Below, in pieces: positions 17,105 through 26,050 of a stretch of 64,000 nucleotides of DNA. Within the stretch, counting starts at the first letter, position 1. Each line of letters begins with the position of its first letter. A model generated the notes under the pieces. That model saw only the letters and a list, made by a program, of their open reading frames with translations, was not told where the DNA came from and did not search any database. The translations under genes and the position numbers were made by a program. The stretch comes from Vicinamibacterales bacterium (GTDB lineage Bacteria > Acidobacteriota > Vicinamibacteria > Vicinamibacterales > SCN-69-37), in contig JAKFEY010000001.1 in assembly GCA_036675475.1 (NCBI GenBank), positions 10,442 to 74,441 of the forward strand, given 5' to 3'.

Positions 17105-18108
17105 AGCAACCCCGCCCGCTCGTCGAAGCCCATCGCGACGTTGAAGTTCTGCACGGCCTGGCCCGCGGCGCCCTTGACGAGGTTGTCGATGCACGACACC
17201 AGCACGAGCCGGTGCGTGGCCTCGTCGAACTTCCAGCCGATGTCGCAGAAGTTCGTGTGCGCCACGTGCTTCACTTCGGGCAGCGCGTCGCCGGTGAGCC
17301 GCACGAACGGCGCCTCGTCGTACGCCGCGATCAGCGCGGCTTCGATCTCGAACGCCGTGACTTCCGGGCGCATGCGCACGTAAATCGTCTCGAGGATGCC
17401 GCGGTCGAGCGGCACCAGGTGCGGCACGAACGTGACGTCCGTTCCGAGCTGCTGCTCGATTTCGGCCGTGTGCCGGTGCGCGAAGATGCCGTACGCCGCC
17501 ACGCTGCCGTGCACTTCGGAAAAGTGCGTGCGATCGCTCGGCGTGCGGCCGGCGCCCGAGATGCCCGACTTGGCATCGATCACGATGCCCTGCGACAGAT
17601 TCAGCAGGCCTGCATCGGCCAGCGGGCCCAGCGCGAGCAGGGCCGCGGTCGGGTAGCAGCCCGGGCACGCGACGACGTTCGCGTCGGCGATCTCCGCCTT
17701 CGCCAGTTCCGTGAGGCCATACACGAGGCCATCGGGCTCGGAGTTGGTGGCCGGATACCACTTCTTCCGCAGATCCAGGTCGCTCAGGCGGAACGCGCCC
17801 GACAAATCGAAGATGCGCTTCACGCCGCGCGCCTGCAGGTCGGGCACGAGCGACGCCGACGCCGCCTCGGGCACGGCGAGAAACACCACATCCGCGCCGG
17901 CCAGCCGCTCGATATTCAAAGGCTCGAGCTGGCCGTCCCACACGCGATTGAGCCGGGGCAGCGGGCGCGCCGCGCTGTCGGGGCTCGAGGTCATGGCCGC
18001 GCGCAGCGACGCCGCCGGGTGCCGCGCGAGCAGGCGGAGCAGTTCCTGCCCGGCATATCCACTGCCTCCCGCCACGGCCACCGATACGGTGCTTGCATAA
18101 TTATGCAT
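17101..18108 (-). CDS. argC: N-acetyl-gamma-glutamyl-phosphate reductase
   Basis: VAVAGGSGYAGQELLRLL, ACPGCYPTAALLAL (catalytic Cys), SGAGR, DNLVKGAAGQAVQN. Confidence 0.9.
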   Translation of the reverse strand: MHNYASTVSVAVAGGSGYAGQELLRLLARHPAASLRAAMTSSPDSAARPLPRLNRVWDGQLEPLNIERLAGADVVFLAVPEAASASLVPDLQARGVKRIFDLSGAFRLSDLDLRKKWYPATNSEPDGLVYGLTELAKAEIADANVVACPGCYPTAALLALGPLADAGLLNLSQGIVIDAKSGISGAGRTPSDRTHFSEVHGSVAAYGIFAHRHTAEIEQQLGTDVTFVPHLVPLDRGILETIYVRMRPEVTAFEIEAALIAAYDEAPFVRLTGDALPEVKHVAHTNFCDIGWKFDEATHRLVLVSCIDNLVKGAAGQAVQNFNVAMGFDERAGLL

Positions 18109-18129
18109 CGTATGGTTTATTTATACACG
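18092..18129. promoter_or_regulatory. ARG-box-like operator in the 22-bp argC/argR divergent gap
   Basis: Perfect 14-bp palindrome TGCATAATTATGCA (18094-18107). It resembles the TGAATwwwwATTCA ARG-box core and overlaps the argC ATG. A degenerate second box atggtttatttatacacg follows 2-3 bp later. Confidence 0.45.
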
Positions 18130-18130
18130 A

Positions 18131-18586
18131 GTGAAGGCATTCCGGCAAGCGCAGATTCTGGAGCTCGTCGACAGCGCCGAGGTGCACTCGCAGCAGGAGC
18201 TGCTCGCGCGGCTCGGCAAGCGCGGCATCAAGACGACGCAGGCGACGCTCTCGCGCGACATTCAGGAGCTCGGCCTCGTCAAGCGCGCGGCCGACGGCGC
18301 CTACGCGCGCGCGACGGCCGCGAACGCGCCCGTCGCGGCGCCGAGCGATTCGCTGCGCCGGCAGATTGCGGTGCTGTTGCGGGGCGTCGAGCGCGTCGAC
18401 CAGATGCTGGTGCTGCGCACCGATCCGGGGCAGGCGCAGGCGCTGGGCGTGGCGATCGATCGCACGCGCCTCGAGGAAGTGGCCGGCACCGTGGCCGGCG
18501 ATGACACGATTTTCGTGCTGTGCCGCGGCAAGGCCGCGGCGGCCGAGGCAGAAGATCAGTTCGTGGACTGGATGAAAGGGAAATAG
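18131..18586 (+). CDS. argR: arginine repressor
   Basis: RQAQILELVDSAEVHSQQELLARLGKRGIKTTQATLSRDIQELGLVK (winged helix). C-terminal GTVAGDDTIFVL (arginine-binding core). GTG start. Confidence 0.85.
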   Translation: MKAFRQAQILELVDSAEVHSQQELLARLGKRGIKTTQATLSRDIQELGLVKRAADGAYARATAANAPVAAPSDSLRRQIAVLLRGVERVDQMLVLRTDPGQAQALGVAIDRTRLEEVAGTVAGDDTIFVLCRGKAAAAEAEDQFVDWMKGK

Positions 18587-18594
18587 GAGACGAG

Positions 18595-19854
18595 ATGGCA
18601 GCAGAGAAGATCATCCTTGCGTATTCAGGCGGCCTCGACACGTCGGTGGCCATTCCGTGGCTGGCCGACCGCTTCGACGCCGAGCTCATCGCCGTGACGA
18701 TGGACCTGGGCCAGGGCAAGGAGCTCGACGATGTGCGCGAGCGCGCGCTGGCCGTGGGCGCCAAGCGCGCGCACGTCATCGATCTGCGCGAGGAGTTCGC
18801 GCGCGACTACATCCTGCCGGCGCTGCAGGCGGGCGCGGTGTACGAGGGCAAGTACCCGCTGGCGACCGCGCTCGGCCGTCCGCTCATCGCGAAGCATCTC
18901 GTGGAGATCGGCCGCATCGAAGGCTCGAAGACGATCGCGCACGGCTGCACGGGGAAAGGCAACGATCAGGTGCGCATCGACGTCTCGGCGCGCGCGCTCG
19001 AGCCGCAGGTGAAGGTGATCGCGCCGGCGCGCATCTGGGGCCTCACGCGTCCCGAAGAAATTCAGTACGCGAAGGACCGCAACATCCCGGTGCCGGCCAC
19101 GGTCGACAGCCCGTACAGCACCGACACGAACCTCTGGGGCCGCTCGATCGAGTGCGGCTGCCTCGAGGATCCGTGGTGCGAGCCGCCGGACGACATCTAT
19201 CTGCTGACCAAGTCGCCCGCCGAGGCGCCCGACACGCCCGCGTACGTCGAGATCGAGTTCGAGAAGGGCGTGCCCGTGAAGATCAACGGCGTGGCCATGA
19301 GCCTCGTCGAGCTGATCACGAGCCTCGAGACGATTGCCGGCGCCCACGGCGTGGGACGCCTCGACATGGTCGAGAACCGCCTCGTCGGCATCAAGTCGCG
19401 CGAGATCTACGAAGCGCCCGCGGCCGTGGCGCTGCACACCGCGCACAAGGAGCTCGAGACGATGGTCATCCCGCGCGATCTCGAGCGGCTGAAGCGCCAG
19501 CTCGGGGCCGTGTATGCGGACCTCGTGTACAACGGCCTCTGGTTCACGCCCACGCGCGAAGCGATCGACGCTTTCGTCGCGAAGGTCCAGGAGCGCGTCA
19601 CCGGCGTCGTCCGCCTCAAGTTCTTCAAGGGCGACTGCCGCGTCGTCGGCCGCAAGTCGCCGTTCGCGCTGTACGACCACGCGCTGGCGACCTACGATGC
19701 CGGCGATGCGTTCGATCACACCGCGGCGGAAGGCTTCGTGAAGATCTGGGGCCTGCCGGTGGAGACGGCCGCGCGCAAGTCGCCTGAAAAGGTGGCGGCG
19801 GCGCTCAAGGCCGAGTCGAAGGTTCCGGTGGGCCACGCTGGAGAGAAGGCCTAG
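18595..19854 (+). CDS. argG: argininosuccinate synthase
   Basis: Trimmed ORF 18520..19854 to ATG 18595. AYSGGLDTS, HGCTGKGNDQVR, STDTNLWGRS. Confidence 0.92.
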   Translation: MAAEKIILAYSGGLDTSVAIPWLADRFDAELIAVTMDLGQGKELDDVRERALAVGAKRAHVIDLREEFARDYILPALQAGAVYEGKYPLATALGRPLIAKHLVEIGRIEGSKTIAHGCTGKGNDQVRIDVSARALEPQVKVIAPARIWGLTRPEEIQYAKDRNIPVPATVDSPYSTDTNLWGRSIECGCLEDPWCEPPDDIYLLTKSPAEAPDTPAYVEIEFEKGVPVKINGVAMSLVELITSLETIAGAHGVGRLDMVENRLVGIKSREIYEAPAAVALHTAHKELETMVIPRDLERLKRQLGAVYADLVYNGLWFTPTREAIDAFVAKVQERVTGVVRLKFFKGDCRVVGRKSPFALYDHALATYDAGDAFDHTAAEGFVKIWGLPVETAARKSPEKVAAALKAESKVPVGHAGEKA

Positions 19855-19855
19855 C

Positions 19856-21226
19856 GTGGCAGCGATGTGGAGCGGCCGTTTCGACGGCCGCCCCGATCCC
19901 GACGTCTTCGAGTTCGGCCGATCGTTTTCGTTCGATCGCCGGCTCGTCGACGACGACATTACCGGCAGCATTGCCTGGAGCGAGGCGTTGGCCTCGGCCG
20001 GCGTGCTGTCGGCGGCGGAGGCCAACGCCATCGCGACGGCTTTGGAAGAGATCCGCATCGAGATTGGCGGGTCGGCTGATTCACTTGCGACCGATGACGA
20101 GGACGTCCACTCCTTCGTCGAGCGCCTGCTGATCGAGAAGGTCGGCGACGCAGGGCGGCGCCTGCACACCGGCCGGTCGAGGAACGAGCAGGTGTCGCTC
20201 GATCTGCGGCTCTATCTGCGCCGGCGGATTCCCGTGATTCAGCAGGAGCTGCGCGCGCTCGGGATCGCGCTCGTCGAACGCGCCGAGGCGCTCGGCGATG
20301 CGGTGATGCCGTCGTACACGCACCTGCGCCGCGCGCAGCCTGTGCTGGCGGCGCATTTCCTGCTGGCGCACGTCGCGCCACTCGAGCGCGACCTCGAGCG
20401 CTTCGCGCAGGCGGCCGGCGCCGCGGATGCGATGCCGCTCGGCTCGGGCGCGATTGCCGGCACGAGCTACGACATCGACACCGAAACGCTCGCACAGCGG
20501 CTCGGCTTCACGAAGGTGGTGGCCAACAGCCTCGACGCCGCCGGCGACCGCGATTTTGCCGCGCAGTTCCTGTTCGCGGTGGCGATGTCGGCCATTCATC
20601 TGAGCCGTCTCTGCGAAGACCTGATTATTTTTTCGACCGACGAGTTCGCGTTTTTCGATCTCGACGACGCGGTGGCGACAGGCAGCAGCCTGATGCCCCA
20701 GAAGAAGAACCCGGATCCGCTGGAGCTGGTGCGCGGCAAGTCGGCGCGGGGCATCGGCCACCTGATGCAGTTCCTCACGCTGCTCAAGAGCGTGCCGGCC
20801 GGCTATTCGAAGGATCTGCAGGAAGACAAGGAATCGATCTTCGACGCCGAAGACACGATCATCGGCAGCCTGAAGTCGACGGCCGCGGTCGTGCGCTCGC
20901 TGAAGTTCAATCGCGCCGCCGCGCGCGAGGCCGCGTCGGGCCTGCTGCTCGCCACGGAAGTGGCCGATTACCTCGTCTCGAAAGGCATGCCCTTCCGCCG
21001 CGCTCACGAAGTGACCGGCGGCATCGTGCGCGACCTGGTCGCAAGGAAAACAGATTTTGCGTCGCTCTCGATAGAGCAGTGGAAAGCGTACGACGCGGCT
21101 TTCGACGCCGATGTGACGGACTGGCTCACGCCTGAAGCCGCGGTGCGCAACCGGCGCACGCCGCAATCGACGAATCCCGATGCTGTGCGGGCGCGACTTC
21201 TGGCAGCGAAGCGCCGATTGTCGTAG
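19856..21226 (+). CDS. argH: argininosuccinate lyase
   Basis: MWSGRF, TGSIAWSEAL, GSSLMPQKKNPDPLELVRGK (fumarate-lyase signature). GTG 19856; ATG 19865 is the alternative start. Confidence 0.92.
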   Translation: MAAMWSGRFDGRPDPDVFEFGRSFSFDRRLVDDDITGSIAWSEALASAGVLSAAEANAIATALEEIRIEIGGSADSLATDDEDVHSFVERLLIEKVGDAGRRLHTGRSRNEQVSLDLRLYLRRRIPVIQQELRALGIALVERAEALGDAVMPSYTHLRRAQPVLAAHFLLAHVAPLERDLERFAQAAGAADAMPLGSGAIAGTSYDIDTETLAQRLGFTKVVANSLDAAGDRDFAAQFLFAVAMSAIHLSRLCEDLIIFSTDEFAFFDLDDAVATGSSLMPQKKNPDPLELVRGKSARGIGHLMQFLTLLKSVPAGYSKDLQEDKESIFDAEDTIIGSLKSTAAVVRSLKFNRAAAREAASGLLLATEVADYLVSKGMPFRRAHEVTGGIVRDLVARKTDFASLSIEQWKAYDAAFDADVTDWLTPEAAVRNRRTPQSTNPDAVRARLLAAKRRLS

Positions 21227-21362
21227 CCGTTTTGTACGGTGACGACCTCATCTATAAGACTTAGCTTGACTACATAGGACACCAGCGTCATGCTGGTGAT
21301 CTAATTCACAAGCAATAGCCAGCACCCTAAGCCGCCCCCAGCAGCTCCTGGAGCAACTCTCG

Positions 21363-22964
21363 ATGTCTCGTTTCTCTGTTATTCGTGTGTCTGCGTGCGC
21401 CGTTGCGCTCGCCCTTGCCGCAGGTTGCGGCTCAAACGCGCCCACCGCTCCCGCGCCTGCCGTCAACGGCTCGGTCCCGGTGTCGGCGAACCCCGGCAGC
21501 GATTCGAATGGCGCCGGCGCCATCGCGACCGCCAACACCGGAGCCATCACGGTTCCCGCCGGCGGCGGCACCAACTACACGTGCAGCGATCTGGCCGCGC
21601 AGTACGCGCCGGGCGCCGAGTGGATCGAAGTCAAACTCGATCAGGCGCCGAACGGCGCGCACACCGTTGCCGACAACATGCTGTCGGCCGGCATCACCAA
21701 CGGCACGAGGCTGACGTTCGACTGGACCGCGAACCGCGGCGTCGATGCCGTCTTCGTGAAGTCGGGCAGCGCGGGCCACAGCCTGTATCTCTACTCGACC
21801 GAAAGCACGGGCGCCACCGGCCTCACGACACCGACCGGCCAGGACATCAGCCACGTCTCGTTCTGTTACGACGTGGAGCTGCTCGTGTCGAAGACGGCGG
21901 CGACGTCGTTCACGCGCGACTACGACTGGACGATCGCGAAGTCGGTCGATCAGCCGTCGATTACGCTCGCCAACGGCGCGCAGACCGCAGTGAACTACAC
22001 GGTTGCCGCGTCGAAGGATGCCGGCACCGACAGCGACTGGGCCGTGTCGGGTACGCTCATCGTGACCAACCCGCACACGTCGCTGACCGCCGCGGGAATC
22101 TCGGTGGAAAGCAGCCTCGCGAACCACGGTGCCATTGCCGTGTCGTGCCCGCTCGGCTCGCTCGCGCCGCAGGCGTCGATGACCTGCAGCTACGGGCCCG
22201 TGAGCCTCGCCAACGGAAGCGCGCGCACGAACACGGGCGCCGCAGACAGCTCGACCTACGGCATCGTGCGCGGCGAAGGCGCCGCAGCCGTGTCGTTCGT
22301 CGCGCCGACGACCGTTCGCGACAACGCCGTCAACGTGACGGACAGCTACTCGGGTGCGGCCGTGCTCGCGACGGGCCTCACGGCCTCGCGCGCGTTCACC
22401 TATCCGCGTCCCGTGCAGGCCTCGCAGCTTGCCTGCGGCGCGAACACTCTCAGCAACACCGCCTCGCTCGCGACCGACGATGGCGCGATGCGAACGGCGT
22501 CGGTGAATGTCACCGCGATGCTCGACTGCTCGACGGCCGCGGTGCCGCCGCCTCCGCCGGCCGTTCCGCCCACGGCCGGCTGCACGCTGACGCAGGGATA
22601 CTGGGGTACGCATTCGAGCAAAGGCCCCGCGAAATACGACGCGACGTGGGCGCTGGTTGGCGAGAACACGCCCTTCTATCAGAGCGGCGCCTCCTACTAC
22701 GGGGTGCTGCAGCTGCCCACGAAGGGCAACGCGTACTACCAGCTCGCGCACCAGTTCATCGCGGCGAAGCTGAACATCCTCAAGGGTGCCGCGGCGCCGG
22801 CGGGCTTCGACATGGCCGCGGCCGACGCGTTCTTCACGGCGAACACCCCGGCGCAGATCGCGGCGCTGAAGGGCAGCTCGCCGCTGCGCGCGCAGGCGCT
22901 CGCCTGGGCGGCGACGCTCGACAGCTACAACAACGGGCTGCTCAACGCGCCGCACTGCTCGTGA
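21363..22964 (+). CDS. lipoprotein of unknown function (533 aa) with Pro-rich linker and conserved-looking C-terminal domain
   Basis: Lipobox LALAAGC. Ser/Thr/Asn/Ala-rich beta-type body, AVPPPPPAVPP linker, C-terminal GCTLTQGYWGTH ... GNAYYQLAHQFIAAKLN ... PHCS. Two other long ORFs over the same DNA are Arg-rich shadows. Confidence 0.7.
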   Translation: MSRFSVIRVSACAVALALAAGCGSNAPTAPAPAVNGSVPVSANPGSDSNGAGAIATANTGAITVPAGGGTNYTCSDLAAQYAPGAEWIEVKLDQAPNGAHTVADNMLSAGITNGTRLTFDWTANRGVDAVFVKSGSAGHSLYLYSTESTGATGLTTPTGQDISHVSFCYDVELLVSKTAATSFTRDYDWTIAKSVDQPSITLANGAQTAVNYTVAASKDAGTDSDWAVSGTLIVTNPHTSLTAAGISVESSLANHGAIAVSCPLGSLAPQASMTCSYGPVSLANGSARTNTGAADSSTYGIVRGEGAAAVSFVAPTTVRDNAVNVTDSYSGAAVLATGLTASRAFTYPRPVQASQLACGANTLSNTASLATDDGAMRTASVNVTAMLDCSTAAVPPPPPAVPPTAGCTLTQGYWGTHSSKGPAKYDATWALVGENTPFYQSGASYYGVLQLPTKGNAYYQLAHQFIAAKLNILKGAAAPAGFDMAAADAFFTANTPAQIAALKGSSPLRAQALAWAATLDSYNNGLLNAPHCS

Positions 22965-22981
22965 GCGAGTCTTAAATACGA

Positions 22982-23018
22982 ACGGCCGGTCCCTCAACGG
23001 GGCCGGCCGTTTTCATTT
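22982..23018. terminator. bidirectional rho-independent terminator between convergent genes
   Basis: 12-bp stem acggccggtccc / ggggccggccgt (one G-U pair), loop tcaac, then tttcattt. The opposite strand also ends in a U-rich stretch. Confidence 0.6.
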
Positions 23019-23028
23019 AAAGACGCGA

Positions 23029-23622
23029 TCAGAACCGGAACGAGACGCCGACCGTGCCTCTCCAGAAGCGGAAGGCGCCGAGGTCGAAGTCGACCTCGTC
23101 ATCATCATCGCTCTCGGACATCTGACGGAAATAGCGCAGATCGCCGCGGATGCCGACGCGATCGGTGAAGTACCCCATCACGCCGCCGCCCACGTTGAAC
23201 CCGAGCGCGTTGCGATCGACTTCGAAGATGTCGTCGACGTCGTCGATGCTGGTGTTGATCAGGCCGACACCGCCCGTGGCGTACGGGCGGAATGCGCCGC
23301 GCGGCGTGCTGAGGACGACATTCGCCATCAGGGATGAGTAGTTGCTGCTGTCGATGAAATCGACATCGTCGTCGTCGCCCTCGAAGAACTCGGGCGAGTA
23401 GCCGAAGTCCACCTCGAAGCCGAACACGCCGGCGCCAAGCCAGGTCAGCGTGCCGCCGTAGGTCATTTTCGAGCCGTCGATCAGGGTGTCGAATTCGTCG
23501 TCATCGACGTCGGTGCCGGCTGCGAAGCTGGCGCCGATGAAGGGTGTAAAAATCCACTCGGCCGAAGCCGTGGCAGGCGCGAGGCAGAGGGCCATCGCGG
23601 TAATAACAATCAGTCGCTTCAT
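23029..23622 (-). CDS. outer-membrane beta-barrel protein (OmpW/porin-like), acidic loops
   Basis: Trimmed to ATG 23622. MKRLIVITAMALCLAPATASA is a signal peptide. Alternating amphipathic strands. Terminal GTVGVSFRF (C-terminal Phe). Confidence 0.7.
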   Translation of the reverse strand: MKRLIVITAMALCLAPATASAEWIFTPFIGASFAAGTDVDDDEFDTLIDGSKMTYGGTLTWLGAGVFGFEVDFGYSPEFFEGDDDDVDFIDSSNYSSLMANVVLSTPRGAFRPYATGGVGLINTSIDDVDDIFEVDRNALGFNVGGGVMGYFTDRVGIRGDLRYFRQMSESDDDDEVDFDLGAFRFWRGTVGVSFRF

Positions 23623-23677
23623 GGTAACGGTATGCTCCCGCCACCATGCCAGCAAGGGCCGTGCCTCGCCGGACGCG

Positions 23678-24241
23678 CTACCTCTTGCGTTTGGCGATTT
23701 CCGCGAGCGCCCAGTCGCGAAGGCTGGGGCTCGAAAGGCCGATTGCTCGAGCTTCTGTCTCGGCCCGTGCCGTGTCCCACCCATCGACGGTGACGCGCTT
23801 GATCATCCAGAGCCCGGCCGCGCGGTTCGCGGATCCGCAGTGCACGAACACCGGCTGATTTGCGGAATCGGTCACTTCCGCGATGAAACGGTCGACCAGC
23901 AGATCGTCGGGGTTTGAGACATCGAAGGGCAGATGTATGTAACGAATACCCGCCGTCGCGGCGGCTTCCTTCGCGTCGTCGATGTGCGCGTCGCGCTCGT
24001 TCGCGAGACGCAGGTTGATCATGGCCTTATAGCCGCGCTTCGCAATTTCGGGAATGGCCGCGGCATCGGTGGCGCCCGCGCACGCGATGGTCGGCTCGAC
24101 CTGCGTCATGTTGCGAACGCCAGGAATATCCTGCCGCGTCATCTGCGAAACGCCGCTGGCGCCGAGCGCGATCATGGTCGCCCACAACACAATGCCCGCG
24201 CTCGCGATGGCGAATGCCGCCTTGTTCCTGTCCATGCTCAA
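23678..24241 (-). CDS. membrane-anchored DUF442 / DSP-type phosphatase-like protein
   Basis: N-terminal TM segment AFAIASAGIVLWATMIALGA. P-loop-like VFVHCGSANRAAG. YKAMINLR and IRYIHLPF as in DUF442 proteins. Confidence 0.55.
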   Translation of the reverse strand: MSMDRNKAAFAIASAGIVLWATMIALGASGVSQMTRQDIPGVRNMTQVEPTIACAGATDAAAIPEIAKRGYKAMINLRLANERDAHIDDAKEAAATAGIRYIHLPFDVSNPDDLLVDRFIAEVTDSANQPVFVHCGSANRAAGLWMIKRVTVDGWDTARAETEARAIGLSSPSLRDWALAEIAKRKR

Positions 24242-25218
24242 TTCCTTTCGATCGTCACACTCACCGGCGCATCGAGGCGCACCGACAGTGGAGATCCGGA
24301 GGTCAGGACCGCAACGGAGCGATCGCCCGCGGCAACCGCCGCGCTGCCCGCGCCGGCGCCGGCCACGCCGCCGAGAATCGCGCCCTTCCTGCCGCCCATG
24401 ATGCCGCCGATGATGGCCCCGCCGACGGCACCACCTCCGATCTTAGCCGCAGACTCGCGCGCGGGTGAATCGCCTTCGCGAACGATGGCGTCGACGCGAA
24501 CGGTTTCGCGCGCGCCGTCGGCCAGGACGAGCGTGTGGAAGCGCACGCCGAGCCGCGCCCGCTCCTTGAACTTGCCGCCGCGCGTGACTTCGTTGACCGA
24601 GCCCAGCACCTTCGTGCCCGCTGGAATCGCCACGCGGCCGTCGGCGATGACGTCGCGCGTGACGGTGGCTTCAACGCGATCTTCGAGTTCCGCGGTCTCG
24701 GACGACACGGCCGTGATCAGGCGCACGCCCAGGACGGTGCCGGCAGGGACGTGCAGTTCGCGGAACCGCGGGGCGGCTGGTTCCACTGGTTCCACACGTT
24801 CCACGGGTTCCACAGGTTCGGTTCTCGGTTCCTCGGTTCCTGGTTCCGGGGTTCTTGGTTCCTCGGTTCTCGGTTCTGGCGCCGCGACGGGCGTGCGCGT
24901 GGTGTTCGCGGCGCGCTCGGCGCGGCGGGGCGCAGCGACAGGGTTCGCAGGTTCCGTGTAGACCGGCGCGGGCGCCGCGTAAACCGGCGCGGGCGTGAGA
25001 AGCGGCGTGATGTGCGCGAGCTCCGACCCGGCTGCCGGCGCGGGCAGCGCGGTCTCGGTTTCGGCAACGCCGGGACGCGCGTCCGCCGTGATGGCGCTCT
25101 GGGCCTCATGCGCGTCGCGCTCGAAGTCGTTGGCCGCAAGCGACAGCCAGCTCGCCATGCCGATGGTTCCGGCGATGGCGACAGCGGCGGCGGCAATGTA
25201 GGAGTTTCGCTTGGTCAT
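24238..25218 (-). CDS. membrane-anchored protein with Pro/Glu-rich repeats, beta-rich domain and C-terminal glycine zipper
   Basis: TM segment YIAAAAVAIAGTIGMASWL. EPRTEEPRTPEPGTEEPRTEPVEPVERVEPVEP. VPAGTVLGVRL ... IPAGTKVLGSV (TrbI/VirB10-like pattern, weak). GGGAVGGAIIGGIMGGRKGAILGGVAGAGAG. Start ATG 25218 (AGGAC upstream); 25242 is the alternative. Confidence 0.6.
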   Translation of the reverse strand: MTKRNSYIAAAAVAIAGTIGMASWLSLAANDFERDAHEAQSAITADARPGVAETETALPAPAAGSELAHITPLLTPAPVYAAPAPVYTEPANPVAAPRRAERAANTTRTPVAAPEPRTEEPRTPEPGTEEPRTEPVEPVERVEPVEPAAPRFRELHVPAGTVLGVRLITAVSSETAELEDRVEATVTRDVIADGRVAIPAGTKVLGSVNEVTRGGKFKERARLGVRFHTLVLADGARETVRVDAIVREGDSPARESAAKIGGGAVGGAIIGGIMGGRKGAILGGVAGAGAGSAAVAAGDRSVAVLTSGSPLSVRLDAPVSVTIERN

Positions 25219-25416
25219 GGTCGTGTCCTGGTTGCCTCCCATACCGCAAGCGACGTACCCACCAGATCATCGAAAACAGGCCTGAATCAGCCTAGTCACG
25301 GCCACGCTCGACCCTGGAACAGGACAGCTCGTGTCCTCGAAATGGCCCTCGGAAAGACGCCTCGCGCGACGCTCAGAGGGAAGCCGCCTGGTAGGCCGTT
25401 TGCACCTCGGCCCTTC

Positions 25417-25983
25417 ATGCGGCGATTTCTTCTGGTTTTCGTGCTCCTTTGTGGACCGGTCGCGCGCGCCGAAGCGGTCACGTTGCGCGATCTGATCGAC
25501 CTGTCAAAGCAGGGTCTGAGCGACGAGCTGCTGATCGCGCTCGTCGAAGCCGACAAGTCCGTCTTCCATCTCAACGCCGCCGACGTCCGGCTTCTGAAGC
25601 ATCAGGGTCTCAGCGATCGCCTGCTGATTCACCTGCTGAAAACACCGTCTTTGCGCCAGGAGATTCAGCCGGTGCTCGTCGCGGCCGACGCCCGCCCCGC
25701 GCCCGCTGTCCAACCCGCACCCGAGCGCATCATCGTCATCGAGCGCGTCGAGACGGTGCCGGTGCCTGTCTATGTGCCGGTCATCACGCCCTCGCGGCGT
25801 CACGATCGCGACGACGACCGCGATCACGACGGGCGGGCCGGCGACGACGAGCGAAGGCGCCACCGGCCCGAGCCGGTTTACTGGGGCTACGGCGGAAAAC
25901 TGCGGCCAGACGCCTGGACGCCGCAAGGGCACAGGGAACAGGGGAAAGGGCAAAGGGACGGCAAGGGGAAAGGGGACAGGTAG
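25417..25983 (+). CDS. secreted hypothetical protein with charged Arg/Asp/Gly-rich tail
   Basis: Trimmed ORF 24535..25983 to ATG 25417. MRRFLLVFVLLCGPVARAEA is a signal peptide. Repeated LSDELLIALV / LSDRLLIHLL motif. Confidence 0.55.
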   Translation: MRRFLLVFVLLCGPVARAEAVTLRDLIDLSKQGLSDELLIALVEADKSVFHLNAADVRLLKHQGLSDRLLIHLLKTPSLRQEIQPVLVAADARPAPAVQPAPERIIVIERVETVPVPVYVPVITPSRRHDRDDDRDHDGRAGDDERRRHRPEPVYWGYGGKLRPDAWTPQGHREQGKGQRDGKGKGDR

Positions 25984-26050
25984 CAGGTAAAGGTCAAAGG
26001 GGGGCCCGACGTAATGTGCTATAACCCGGCACGTCAGGAGTCCCCCTTTT

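Noticed and set aside
21395-22997. 526-aa + ORF and 521-aa minus ORF co-extensive with the lipoprotein gene
   Set aside because: These are Arg-rich shadow frames. Only the 21363 frame has a lipobox signal peptide and balanced composition.
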